Shown: positions 56,042 to 64,000 of the stretch, piece by piece | Numbering within the stretch: the stretch's first letter is position 1 | Layout of the letters: each line of letters opens with the position of its first letter | NCBI GenBank assembly: GCA_045578305.1 | Contig: JAZNKA010000051.1 | Location: forward strand, 11,308-75,307 | Reading direction: 5' to 3' | DNA from: Clostridia bacterium | GTDB lineage: Bacteria > Bacillota > Clostridia > Monoglobales > Monoglobaceae | Length of the DNA stretch: 64,000 bases | Made by a program: the position numbers and the translations under genes | The notes under the pieces: generated by a model | Seen by the model: the letters and a program-made list of their open reading frames with translations, nothing else | The model's database searches: none | Told to the model about the DNA's origin: nothing

Positions 56042-57211
56042 ATGCTTGATTTTACTTATTATGCACCGACAAAAGTGTATTTTGGCAAAGAGACGCACAA
56101 AGATGTGGGCGAAATTATAAAAAGCTTCGGCTATGACAAGATAATGCTTCAGTACGGGCAGGGAAGCATAAAAAAGTCAGGCCTTTATGACGAGGTTATG
56201 AAGTCATTGCAAGACTGCGGTATAAAGGTTGTCGAAATGGGCGGAGTCGAGCCAAACCCCAAGCTTTCATTTGTAAAAGAAGCGGTTAGGCTTGCCAAAG
56301 AAAATGGTGTGCAGATGATTTTGGCAGTAGGTGGCGGAAGCGTCCTGGACTCCTCCAAATATACGGCAGCAGGAGCGATGTATGATGGTGATCCTTGGGA
56401 CTTCCCCACACGCAAAGCAGTGCCACAAAACGCCCTTCCGGTTGGGTGCATACTTACAATTGCGGCGGCAGGCAGCGAGATGAGTTCGTCGGCGGTCATC
56501 AGCAATATGGAACTTAATATGAAGCGCGGCTTCAACAGCGAATTCAACAGGTGCAAGTTTGCCATCTGCAACCCCGAGCTGACATATACAGTAAGCAAAT
56601 ATCAGACGGCTTGCGGCATTGTTGATATTATGGCGCACACGATGGAAAGATATTTTATCCCCTGCAAGCCGACAGACCTTACTGATCGAATCGCAGAAAG
56701 TATTTTGAAAGCAACAATTGCAGCAGGCAAAACCTTGATGGAAAATCCCTGCGACTATGATGCGCGTGCAAATATGATGTGGGCGTCAAGCCTTTCGCAT
56801 AATGATTTGACAGGTTGTGGCAGAGAAAATGCTTTGCCTGTTCATCAATTGGAACATGCTCTAAGCGGCGAGTTTGACCATATTGCGCATGGAGCGGGGC
56901 TTGCAGTTCTTTTCCCTGCTTGGGCAAGATATGTTTACAAGCAGGATGTGTCAAGATTTGCACAATTTGCAAGGCGCGTATGGGACTACACCGAGGCAGA
57001 TGACGAGGCGGCGGCAAAGTCAGGCATAGAAAAAATGGCAGAATACTTTAAATCTATTGGTATGCCGACAAACCTCAGGGACTTTGACGTTGACGAATCT
57101 TGTGCCGACAGACTTGCCGAGCTTTGCACATTCGGAAGACAAAGAACGGTAAAGACATATATAGATTTGGACTTTGACAAAATTAAAGAGATTTTTGAAA
57201 GTTGTATGTAA
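56042..57211 (+). CDS. Iron-containing (group III) alcohol dehydrogenase, butanol dehydrogenase/YqhD-like
   Basis: FTYYAPTKVYFGK..., GGGSVLDSSK, and His-rich metal site HALSGEFDHIAHGAGLA. SD AAGGAG. Confidence 0.92.
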   Translation: MLDFTYYAPTKVYFGKETHKDVGEIIKSFGYDKIMLQYGQGSIKKSGLYDEVMKSLQDCGIKVVEMGGVEPNPKLSFVKEAVRLAKENGVQMILAVGGGSVLDSSKYTAAGAMYDGDPWDFPTRKAVPQNALPVGCILTIAAAGSEMSSSAVISNMELNMKRGFNSEFNRCKFAICNPELTYTVSKYQTACGIVDIMAHTMERYFIPCKPTDLTDRIAESILKATIAAGKTLMENPCDYDARANMMWASSLSHNDLTGCGRENALPVHQLEHALSGEFDHIAHGAGLAVLFPAWARYVYKQDVSRFAQFARRVWDYTEADDEAAAKSGIEKMAEYFKSIGMPTNLRDFDVDESCADRLAELCTFGRQRTVKTYIDLDFDKIKEIFESCM

Positions 57212-57232
57212 ATAAAAAAGTTGCAGAATATT

Positions 57233-57473
57233 AGGCGTCCTCATACAGGAATAAACCAACTTGAAACTTTGTATTTTAGCGTGTTACTGGCGCAAAAATA
57301 CTCGGCAATCCACAAAGGATTACCTGCGTTTGTTACTTGTCTCACATCCAAAATCCTTCGTTTCAAGTGACAAAGTCATTTTGAAAAATAAAGAAAAGCC
57401 TTGAAAACTCAGTGTTTCAAGGCTTTAAATTTAATTTGGTTCAAAATTGATTTTTCCCTGTATGAGGACGCCT
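57233..57473. mobile_element. 241-bp MITE-like element with perfect 17-bp terminal inverted repeats, sitting in the loop of a terminator hairpin
   Basis: AGGCGTCCTCATACAGG (57233-57249) is the exact reverse complement of 57457-57473. The flanks TTGCAGAA-tatt / TTCTGCAA would form an 8-bp hairpin with A and T runs if the element were removed. Confidence 0.4.
57398..57423. terminator. Terminator-like hairpin carried inside the TIR element
   Basis: GCCTTGAAA-actcagtg-TTTCAAGGC with an A-rich 5' flank and a T-rich 3' flank. Confidence 0.55.
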
Positions 57474-57494
57474 TTCTGCAATTTTTTTAATTTT

Positions 57495-59159
57495 TTATAC
57501 ATCCATAATTACAGGAAGAATCATAGGCTTGCGCTTTGTTTTGCCAAAGATATAACTGCCAAGCTCGTTTTTGAGGTGTGACTTGAGGCTTGCCCAGTCA
57601 AGTGTGTTATGCGAAAGACACTCGTCAAGGACAAGACTTGCTTTTTCGCGCATGCTGTCCATCAAATCCTCTGCCTCGCGAACATAAACAAATCCTCGCG
57701 ATATGATATCGGGACCAGAAACGACCATTTTCATTTCGTGGTCGATTGTGCATACTACAATTATTATGCCATCTTCGGCAAGGTGTTTGCGGTCGCGAAG
57801 AACGATGCTTCCGACATCCCCGACGCCAAGTCCGTCAACAAGGACCCTGCCCGCAGGGACAGTTCCAGTGATTTTGCCTGATGAATCTGATACCTCAAGA
57901 ACTTTACCGTTTTCCATCATAAAAATATTCTTTGACGGAATACCCATCTCAAGCGCCAAATCCTTGTGACGGCTGAGGTGCTTGTACTCGCCGTGGACCG
58001 GCATAAAGTACTTGGGCTTTGCAAGAGCAAGTATTATTTTAAGTTCCTCCTGACAGGCGTGCCCCGAAACATGAACATCGGCAAGAGATTCGTAAATAAC
58101 TTCTGCGCCACGCTTTAGAAGCTCGTTTATAACATTTGAGATGGCTTTTTCGTTGCCAGGGATAGGACTTGCCGAGATTATAACCAAATCGTCAGCTTCG
58201 ATATTAACTTTTTTGTGACCCGAAAATGCCATTCGCGAAAGAGCAGACATTGTCTCGCCCTGACTTCCGGTGGTGATGATAACCAGCTTGTCTTTTGGAT
58301 ATCTGCCGATTTCATCAAGTGTTATCAGGGTGTTTTTGGGAATGTCCATATATCCAAGCTCAATAGCTGCAGAAAGGACATTTTCCATACTTCTGCCCGA
58401 GATTGCAACCTTTCTGCCGTACTTGACAGCGGCGTTGATGATTTGCTGCACGCGGTGTATGTTTGAAGCAAAGGTCGCAACAAATATTCTCTTGGTGCAG
58501 TTGTCAAAAACACTGTCAAAGGTGTTGCCGACGGTACGCTCGCTCATTGTATAGCCGCGGCGTTCGGCATTGGTGCTGTCTGACATAAGAAGAAGCACAC
58601 CTTTTTTGCCAAGCTCGCCAATTCTGCCAAGGTCAATCATTTCGCCGTTTATGGGAGTTGAATCAATCTTGAAGTCACCTGTGTGAAGAATAGTGCCCGC
58701 AGGAGTATGGAATGCAACCGCAACGGCATCTGCAATGCTGTGGTTTGAGCGTATGAATTCGATTTTAAAATCGCCAAGCGAAAAGGTTTCGCCCGGATTT
58801 ATTACATTAAGCTTTGTTGAGTTTAAAATCCCATGCTCCGAAAGCTTGTTTTTGAGTATTCCCAAAGTAAGCTTGGTGCCAAAAACAGGGACATTAAATT
58901 CTTTTAGAACATACGGAACTGCCCCGATGTGATCCTCGTGACCGTGGGTCAAAACTATACCGCGAATGCGATTTTTGTGTTTCTGCAGATAGGTTATATC
59001 CGGTATAACCATATCAATTCCCAGCATATCGTCGTCAGGGAAAGCCAGACCACAATCCAAAATCAGCAGGTCGCTGCCGTACTCGAAGACTGTCAAATTT
59101 TTTCCGATTTCATGCAGTCCGCCGAGTGGCGTGATTTTTATTTTTTTACTTTTTTGCAC
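57495..59159 (-). CDS. rnj: Ribonuclease J
   Basis: KITPLGGLHEIGKN, metallo-beta-lactamase HGHEDHIG, beta-CASP and C-terminal domains. GTG at 59159 follows GGAGGA (the listed ORF extends 28 codons further upstream). Confidence 0.93.
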   Translation of the reverse strand: MQKSKKIKITPLGGLHEIGKNLTVFEYGSDLLILDCGLAFPDDDMLGIDMVIPDITYLQKHKNRIRGIVLTHGHEDHIGAVPYVLKEFNVPVFGTKLTLGILKNKLSEHGILNSTKLNVINPGETFSLGDFKIEFIRSNHSIADAVAVAFHTPAGTILHTGDFKIDSTPINGEMIDLGRIGELGKKGVLLLMSDSTNAERRGYTMSERTVGNTFDSVFDNCTKRIFVATFASNIHRVQQIINAAVKYGRKVAISGRSMENVLSAAIELGYMDIPKNTLITLDEIGRYPKDKLVIITTGSQGETMSALSRMAFSGHKKVNIEADDLVIISASPIPGNEKAISNVINELLKRGAEVIYESLADVHVSGHACQEELKIILALAKPKYFMPVHGEYKHLSRHKDLALEMGIPSKNIFMMENGKVLEVSDSSGKITGTVPAGRVLVDGLGVGDVGSIVLRDRKHLAEDGIIIVVCTIDHEMKMVVSGPDIISRGFVYVREAEDLMDSMREKASLVLDECLSHNTLDWASLKSHLKNELGSYIFGKTKRKPMILPVIMDV

Positions 59160-59409
59160 AAAATATCCTCCATATTCTTTAAAATAGCCGTTCAATATAT
59201 AACCCAGAAACCAAGCGTAGCTTCTGCAATTATCACTATCCAACAGTATACACTAAATTTACAAAATTTGCAAGTAAATTGCCAATATTTATATTTAGAT
59301 TTTAGCCAAGCAATCAGAAAATATTCGTGATTTGGCAAAAAACGGAAGAATGTTTTGCATTTGGATTTTAAAATATGCACATTTATTGGAAGAATTAGTG
59401 CTTTGGGGG

Positions 59410-59438
59410 TTGAAATTTCTTTGCAAAAATAGTATAAT
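59410..59438 (+). promoter_or_regulatory. Putative lon promoter
   Basis: TTGAAA, 17 nt spacer, TATAAT. Confidence 0.5.
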
Positions 59439-59499
59439 AAACTGATAATGGGCAAAATGTGACTATTTGCTCATTTTGAAAGGGTGAAAGTTTAGATTA

Positions 59500-61815
59500 A
59501 TGGCAAACAAAAGATATAGATTGCCCCTTATTCCCCTCAGGGGCCTTACTGTTTTTCCGGGGATAGTAATTCATTTTGATGTGGGCAGACCAAAGTCAAT
59601 TGCGGCAATAGAGGCGGCAATGTCTTCGGACAGACTTGTTTTTTTAAGTTATCAAAAAGACAGCTTTATTGAAAACCCGACCAAAGAGGATATATCAAAG
59701 ATAGGTGTTATTGCCGAGGTAAAGCAAATACTCAGACTTCCTGACGGAAACTTGCGGGTTTTGATTGAGGGTATTTCAAGAGCGGCAATCACAAGATATT
59801 ATGACGGCGAACAGCTTGTTGAGACAAGCGTTCATGAAAAAGAGGACATACCTTGCGAGGATTCGCTGCAGGAGCAGGTTTTGATGCGAAAAGTACAAAA
59901 TCTGCTTAAAGACTTTTTTGATTTGCACGAAAAGATAAATCCCGAGGCGATTGCATCAATCCTTGAAATCGAAGATGGCGGCGAGCTTGCGGATGTTACC
60001 GCTTCAAATTATCCGCTTAAACCCCACGATCAGCAGATTGTGCTTGAAACGCTTGATGTAAGACTCAGGCTTGAAAAACTGATTGCTCTTATGGAGAACG
60101 AGAACAACATACTCGAAATTGAGCAAGGGGTTATGTCAAAACTCAAGACCACGCTTGACAAAAATCAGCGTGATTATATTCTTCGCGAGCAAATGAAGGT
60201 TATTCAGGAAGAGTTGGGCGATTTTGAATCGGGTGCGGCAGAGGCTGACGATTATCGTGAAAAAATGAAAAACCGAAACCTCCCAAAAGAAGTAACCGAA
60301 AAGCTTGAAGAAGAATTTTTAAGACTTTCGAGACTTTCGGTAATGTCACAGGAGTATGGTGTTGTTGAGAACTATATAGATACCGTTTTAGCAATGCCAT
60401 GGGACAAAGAAACCGACGAGAATGTTGATATAAAAACAGCAAAAGAAATCTTGGACCGCGACCATTACGGACTTGAAAAGGTGAAGGAACGCATACTTGA
60501 ATATCTGGCAGTGAAAACTCTTTCGCCCGAGAGCAAAGGCTCGATAATTTGTCTTGCCGGGCCTCCGGGAACGGGCAAGACCTCAATTGCAAGGTCACTT
60601 GCCGAAGCACTTGGAAGAAAGTATGTCAGGGTAAGTCTTGGCGGTATACAAAACGAGGCAGAAATCCGCGGACACCGCAAAACTTATGTAGGTGCTATGC
60701 CGGGCAGAATTGTGACGGCACTTAAGCAGGCAGGCAGCAAAAATCCGCTTGTTTTGCTTGACGAGATAGACAAAATGTCAAGCGATTTCCGCGGTGACCC
60801 GACGGCTGCCATGCTGGAGGTTTTGGACCCCGAGCAAAATGCAGCATTCCGCGACCATTTTCTTGAGCTTCCGTTTGATTTGTCGCAGGTTTTGTTTGTT
60901 ACTACTGCAAATTCGATTGAAAATATTCCAAGACCGCTTTATGACAGAATGGATATTATTGAGATCTCGGGCTATACAGAACTTGAAAAACTTAGTATTG
61001 CCAAAAAGTATCTGATACCAAAGCAACGAAAGATGAATGGTCTTGATGCAAAAAAACTTAAAATATCGGACAAGGTCATCAGCCTGATAATCGAAGGCTA
61101 TACCCGTGAATCAGGTGTAAGGTCTTTGGAAAGAAAGCTTGCCGCAATTTGCCGAAAAGCCGCAAAGGATATTGTGGAGGGCGATAAGACAAGTGTTACA
61201 GTAACCGAAAAGATTTTGAAGGATTATCTTGGTGGCAGAATATTTATTTATGACCATACTCCCGAGTCCAATATGGTAGGTATGGCAACGGGCCTTGCGT
61301 GGACCGAAGTCGGCGGTGATACGCTTGCGATTGAAGTCAACACGATGAAGGGAACCGGCAAGCTTGAACTGACAGGAAACCTTGGCGATGTAATGAAAGA
61401 GTCTGCGCGTACGGCGCTCAGCTTTATTCGAGCAAACAGCGACGAACTTTCGGTCGATGCAGATTTTTACAAAGACAAGGATATTCACATTCACGTTCCA
61501 GAGGGGGCTGTGCCCAAAGACGGTCCGTCGGCGGGTATCACAATGGCAACTGCATTGGTGTCGGCACTTACCGGCAAGGCGGTAAGACGGGATATAGCTA
61601 TGACAGGCGAGATTACTCTTCGCGGCAGAGTTCTTGGAATTGGCGGTCTTCGCGAAAAGTCGCTTGCGGCATACAGAATGGGAATAAAGAAAATCATAAT
61701 TCCTTTTGAAAACAAAAAGGACTATGACGAGCTTCCCGATAAGATAAAAGAAGAAATAAAGTTTGTGTTTGCAAAGGAAATGCGTGAAGTTCTTGCAAAT
61801 GCCTTGTGCGACTAA
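59500..61815 (+). CDS. lon: ATP-dependent Lon protease (LonA)
   Basis: LON N-domain LPLIPLRGLTVFPG, Walker [10 protein letters not shown], catalytic PKDGPSAGITMATAL. Confidence 0.97.
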   Translation: MANKRYRLPLIPLRGLTVFPGIVIHFDVGRPKSIAAIEAAMSSDRLVFLSYQKDSFIENPTKEDISKIGVIAEVKQILRLPDGNLRVLIEGISRAAITRYYDGEQLVETSVHEKEDIPCEDSLQEQVLMRKVQNLLKDFFDLHEKINPEAIASILEIEDGGELADVTASNYPLKPHDQQIVLETLDVRLRLEKLIALMENENNILEIEQGVMSKLKTTLDKNQRDYILREQMKVIQEELGDFESGAAEADDYREKMKNRNLPKEVTEKLEEEFLRLSRLSVMSQEYGVVENYIDTVLAMPWDKETDENVDIKTAKEILDRDHYGLEKVKERILEYLAVKTLSPESKGSIICLAGPPGTGKTSIARSLAEALGRKYVRVSLGGIQNEAEIRGHRKTYVGAMPGRIVTALKQAGSKNPLVLLDEIDKMSSDFRGDPTAAMLEVLDPEQNAAFRDHFLELPFDLSQVLFVTTANSIENIPRPLYDRMDIIEISGYTELEKLSIAKKYLIPKQRKMNGLDAKKLKISDKVISLIIEGYTRESGVRSLERKLAAICRKAAKDIVEGDKTSVTVTEKILKDYLGGRIFIYDHTPESNMVGMATGLAWTEVGGDTLAIEVNTMKGTGKLELTGNLGDVMKESARTALSFIRANSDELSVDADFYKDKDIHIHVPEGAVPKDGPSAGITMATALVSALTGKAVRRDIAMTGEITLRGRVLGIGGLREKSLAAYRMGIKKIIIPFENKKDYDELPDKIKEEIKFVFAKEMREVLANALCD

Positions 61816-61841
61816 GCCGCCAGGGGATAAGGAGAAATATT

Positions 61842-62456
61842 ATGGAATTTATTGATGCAAAGCTTTTGATTACGGCTGTCAAGTACGAGCAGTATCCCTC
61901 AAAAGACCTTCCCGAGATTGCTTTGGTTGGACGGTCCAATGTGGGCAAGTCCTCGCTTATAAATTGCATTACAAACCGCAAAAACCTTGCGAGGACAAGC
62001 AGCACGCCGGGAAAGACCGCAACAATCAATTTTTATGAGATTGGCGGCAAGTTCCGTATTGTTGACCTGCCGGGGTATGGATATGCCAAGGTTTCGAAAA
62101 ACGAAAAAGAAAAATGGGCAGGAATGATTGAAAACTATCTTGCAAAGCGCGAAAATCTGGTGCAGGTTATTCAGCTTGTTGATGCAAGACACAAACCTAC
62201 AGTTGATGACAAAATGATGTTTGACTGGATAAAGTCTTATAATTACGAGCCGTTTGTGATTGCCACAAAGCTTGATAAATTGAAAAAGTCTCAGATTGAG
62301 GCAAATCTTACGGCGATTTATGACGATTTGGAATTGGGCGAGGATTCGGTGCTTATTCCGTTTTCGTCAGAGACCCGCGAGGGCAGAGATGCGGTGCTGG
62401 AACTTATTGAGTATGTTCTTGAAGACGACCGCACAGCAGATAGCCAGCAGACTTAG
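61842..62456 (+). CDS. engB: Ribosome biogenesis GTPase YsxC/EngB
   Basis: G1 GRSNVGKSSLIN, G3 DLPGYG, G4 TKLDK. The lon-ysxC order matches B. subtilis. ATG at 61842 follows AAGGAG. Confidence 0.92.
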   Translation: MEFIDAKLLITAVKYEQYPSKDLPEIALVGRSNVGKSSLINCITNRKNLARTSSTPGKTATINFYEIGGKFRIVDLPGYGYAKVSKNEKEKWAGMIENYLAKRENLVQVIQLVDARHKPTVDDKMMFDWIKSYNYEPFVIATKLDKLKKSQIEANLTAIYDDLELGEDSVLIPFSSETREGRDAVLELIEYVLEDDRTADSQQT

Positions 62457-62477
62457 GACAGAAAGGAAATTGAAAGA

Positions 62478-63743
62478 ATGATTACAAAACCAAGAGGAAC
62501 AGAAGATGTTTTGCCAAAAGACAGCAAACTGTGGCAGTACATCGAACAAACAGCAAGGCGCGTGTGTGAGCGTTTTGGCTACAAAGAAATTCGTACACCT
62601 GTTTTCGAAAATACCGAGCTTTTTCAGCGCGGAGTCGGTGACACTACCGATGTGGTGCAAAAAGAAATGTATACCTTTGAGGACAAGGGTGGAAGAAGTT
62701 TTACTCTTAAGCCCGAGGGTACAGCAACACTGGTGCGCAGTTATATCGAAAATTCGCTTTATGCAAATCCGCAGCCGACAAAGCTTAGCTATATAATACC
62801 CTGCTTCAGGTACGAAAAACCGCAGTCGGGCAGACTTCGCGAATTTCATCAGTTCGGTATCGAGTGCTTTGGTGCCGAATCCCCTGCAACAGATGCCGAG
62901 GTTATATCTCTTGCACATATGTTCCTTAAAGAGCTTGGACTTACCGGCATACAGCTTAACATCAACAGCATTGGATGTCCGGTGTGCAAAAAAGACTACA
63001 ACGAAAAGTTGAGAAATTATTTTGAAGGCTACAAGGACCGTCTTTGCCCGACCTGTCTTGAGAGACTCGAGAAAAATCCTATGCGAATCATAGACTGTAA
63101 GTCCGAAATCTGCAGTGAAATTGCAAAGACTGCACCAAAGATGATTGACTATCTTTGCGATGATTGCAACGGACATTTTGAGTCAGTAAAAGAAAGGCTT
63201 GACAATATGGGTATTGACTATGTCATCAACCCGGATATAGTACGCGGACTTGATTATTACACAAAGACTGTTTTTGAGTTTGTATCGGATGCACTTGGTG
63301 CACAGTCAACAGTATGCGGCGGCGGCAGATACAGTGGACTTGTTGAAGAACTTGGCGGAAAGCCCGCAGACGGCATAGGCTTTGCTGCAGGACTTGAAAG
63401 ACTTGTTCTGGTGATAAAAAAACAGCAGCCGGATACTTGCAGTGCAGAAGTCACAGCGGATTTGTTTGTTGCAACAATGGGCGATGATGCAGAAAAGTTT
63501 GCTCAAAAGCTGATTTTTGACCTGAGGACTTTGGGCATTTCGGCAGAGCAGGATTTGTGCGGCAGAAGTCTTAAGGCTCAAATGAAGTATGCCGACAAGC
63601 TTGGGGCAAGAAACAGCGTGGTAATCGGCGATGATGAGATAAGCGGAAAAACGGCAAAACTAAAGAACATGAAAACAGGCGAAGCTGTTGATATAGCGCT
63701 TGACGCAGAAGTTTTAGCAAAAAAACTTGGGGAGGTTAGATAA
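62478..63743 (+). CDS. hisS: Histidine--tRNA ligase
   Basis: PRGTEDVLP, LKPEGTA, FRYEKPQSGRLREFHQFG and GGGRYSGLVE motifs. Confidence 0.96.
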   Translation: MITKPRGTEDVLPKDSKLWQYIEQTARRVCERFGYKEIRTPVFENTELFQRGVGDTTDVVQKEMYTFEDKGGRSFTLKPEGTATLVRSYIENSLYANPQPTKLSYIIPCFRYEKPQSGRLREFHQFGIECFGAESPATDAEVISLAHMFLKELGLTGIQLNINSIGCPVCKKDYNEKLRNYFEGYKDRLCPTCLERLEKNPMRIIDCKSEICSEIAKTAPKMIDYLCDDCNGHFESVKERLDNMGIDYVINPDIVRGLDYYTKTVFEFVSDALGAQSTVCGGGRYSGLVEELGGKPADGIGFAAGLERLVLVIKKQQPDTCSAEVTADLFVATMGDDAEKFAQKLIFDLRTLGISAEQDLCGRSLKAQMKYADKLGARNSVVIGDDEISGKTAKLKNMKTGEAVDIALDAEVLAKKLGEVR

Positions 63744-64000
63744 ATGGAAACAATGCAGGGCTTAAAAAGAACGAATATGTGCGGTGAACTCACCGCAAAG
63801 GATGCAGGCAAAGAGGTTGTTCTTTTCGGTTGGGCAGCAAAAAACCGTCTTCTGGGACAGCTTATATTCCTGACCCTCAGGGACAAAACCGGTATTGTTC
63901 AGGTTGCGTTCAATGACGAAACAGACAGAGCGGTATTTGAAAAGGCAGAAAAAATCAGAAGCGAATATGTTGTCGCTGTCAGGGGTAAGGTGGCGCTCAG
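63744..64000 (+). CDS. aspS: Aspartate--tRNA ligase, 5' part (continues beyond the window)
   Basis: My own translation from ATG 63744: METMQGLKRTNMCGELTAKDAGKEVVLFGWAAKNRLLGQLIFLTLRDKTGIVQVAF... This is a typical AspRS OB-fold N-terminus. The ORF is open to the window end and abuts the hisS stop. Confidence 0.88.
   Translation, partial: METMQGLKRTNMCGELTAKDAGKEVVLFGWAAKNRLLGQLIFLTLRDKTGIVQVAFNDETDRAVFEKAEKIRSEYVVAVRGKVAL

Noticed and set aside
57258-57423. Repeated CTTGAAA / TTTCAAG motifs that could suggest CRISPR repeats
   Set aside because: There are only two short (8-9 nt) inverted pairs, with no regular repeat-spacer periodicity and no cas genes. They are better explained as hairpin arms inside the TIR element.
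59160-59243. Upstream extension of the rnj ORF (28 codons)
   Set aside because: The GTG at 59159 has a GGAGGA SD at ideal spacing and gives the family-typical N-terminus (KKIKITPLGG).
59380-59400. TTAGTGCT near the lon promoter as a possible CIRCE or CtsR element
   Set aside because: It is only a partial half-site. There is no inverted partner (GAGTGCTAA) at 9-nt spacing and no GGTCAAA repeats.
62367-63176. 269-codon ORF antisense to hisS
   Set aside because: It is a shadow ORF inside a class II aaRS gene that has all its signature motifs.

Overview
This 64 kb chromosomal window looks like a spore-forming, moderate-GC Firmicute (Clostridia-like), judged from spoIID and spoVB-like genes, SLH domains, reverse rubrerythrin and Bacillus-type gene order. 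I call about 60 protein-coding genes and recognised no rRNA, tRNA, CRISPR array, transposase or prophage genes.

Most of the window is housekeeping:
- acpS/nnrD fusion, lipoprotein, alr and mazEF
- ispE, a MATE exporter and ftsH
- two tandem extracytoplasmic cyclophilins
- a DUF1846 gene
- a heterodimeric ABC exporter with an AraC regulator
- an unlinked addB
- a complete glycogen operon (GH13, glgB, glgC, glgD, glgA, glgP)
- rpsF-ssb-rpsR
- a cell-envelope block (spoIID, spoVB-like flippase, GT2 plus GT-C pair, deacetylase, M23 peptidase)
- metA
- rpsU-yqeY-yqeG, M24 peptidase and efp
- a metal and oxidative-stress block (Cys/Asp-rich acidic protein, PerR-like Fur, reverse rubrerythrin, ferritin, His9-tailed CDF)
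- comFC, transporters and an Fe-alcohol dehydrogenase
- rnj, lon, engB, hisS and aspS

I found no convincing multi-gene novel system. The least explained sequence is non-coding:
- A roughly 400 nt promoter-to-terminator unit at 55.5-55.9 kb has no ORF of 60 codons or more. It carries an 8-codon micro-ORF with a strong SD, and the stop codon sits inside an 18-19 bp terminator stem.
- A 241 bp element with perfect 17 bp terminal inverted repeats appears to have inserted exactly into the loop of the bidirectional adh/rnj terminator.

Lesser oddities:
- domain fusions (AcpS-NnrD, TIGR04076-like-GNAT)
- a chimeric FGGY-kinase/amidohydrolase pseudogene
- near-identical CTGYGAC...GTCACAG palindromes bracketing the DUF1846 gene
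- a 28-codon hydrophobic ORF in the gap after comFC

All family assignments come from reading motifs by eye. No database search was run.
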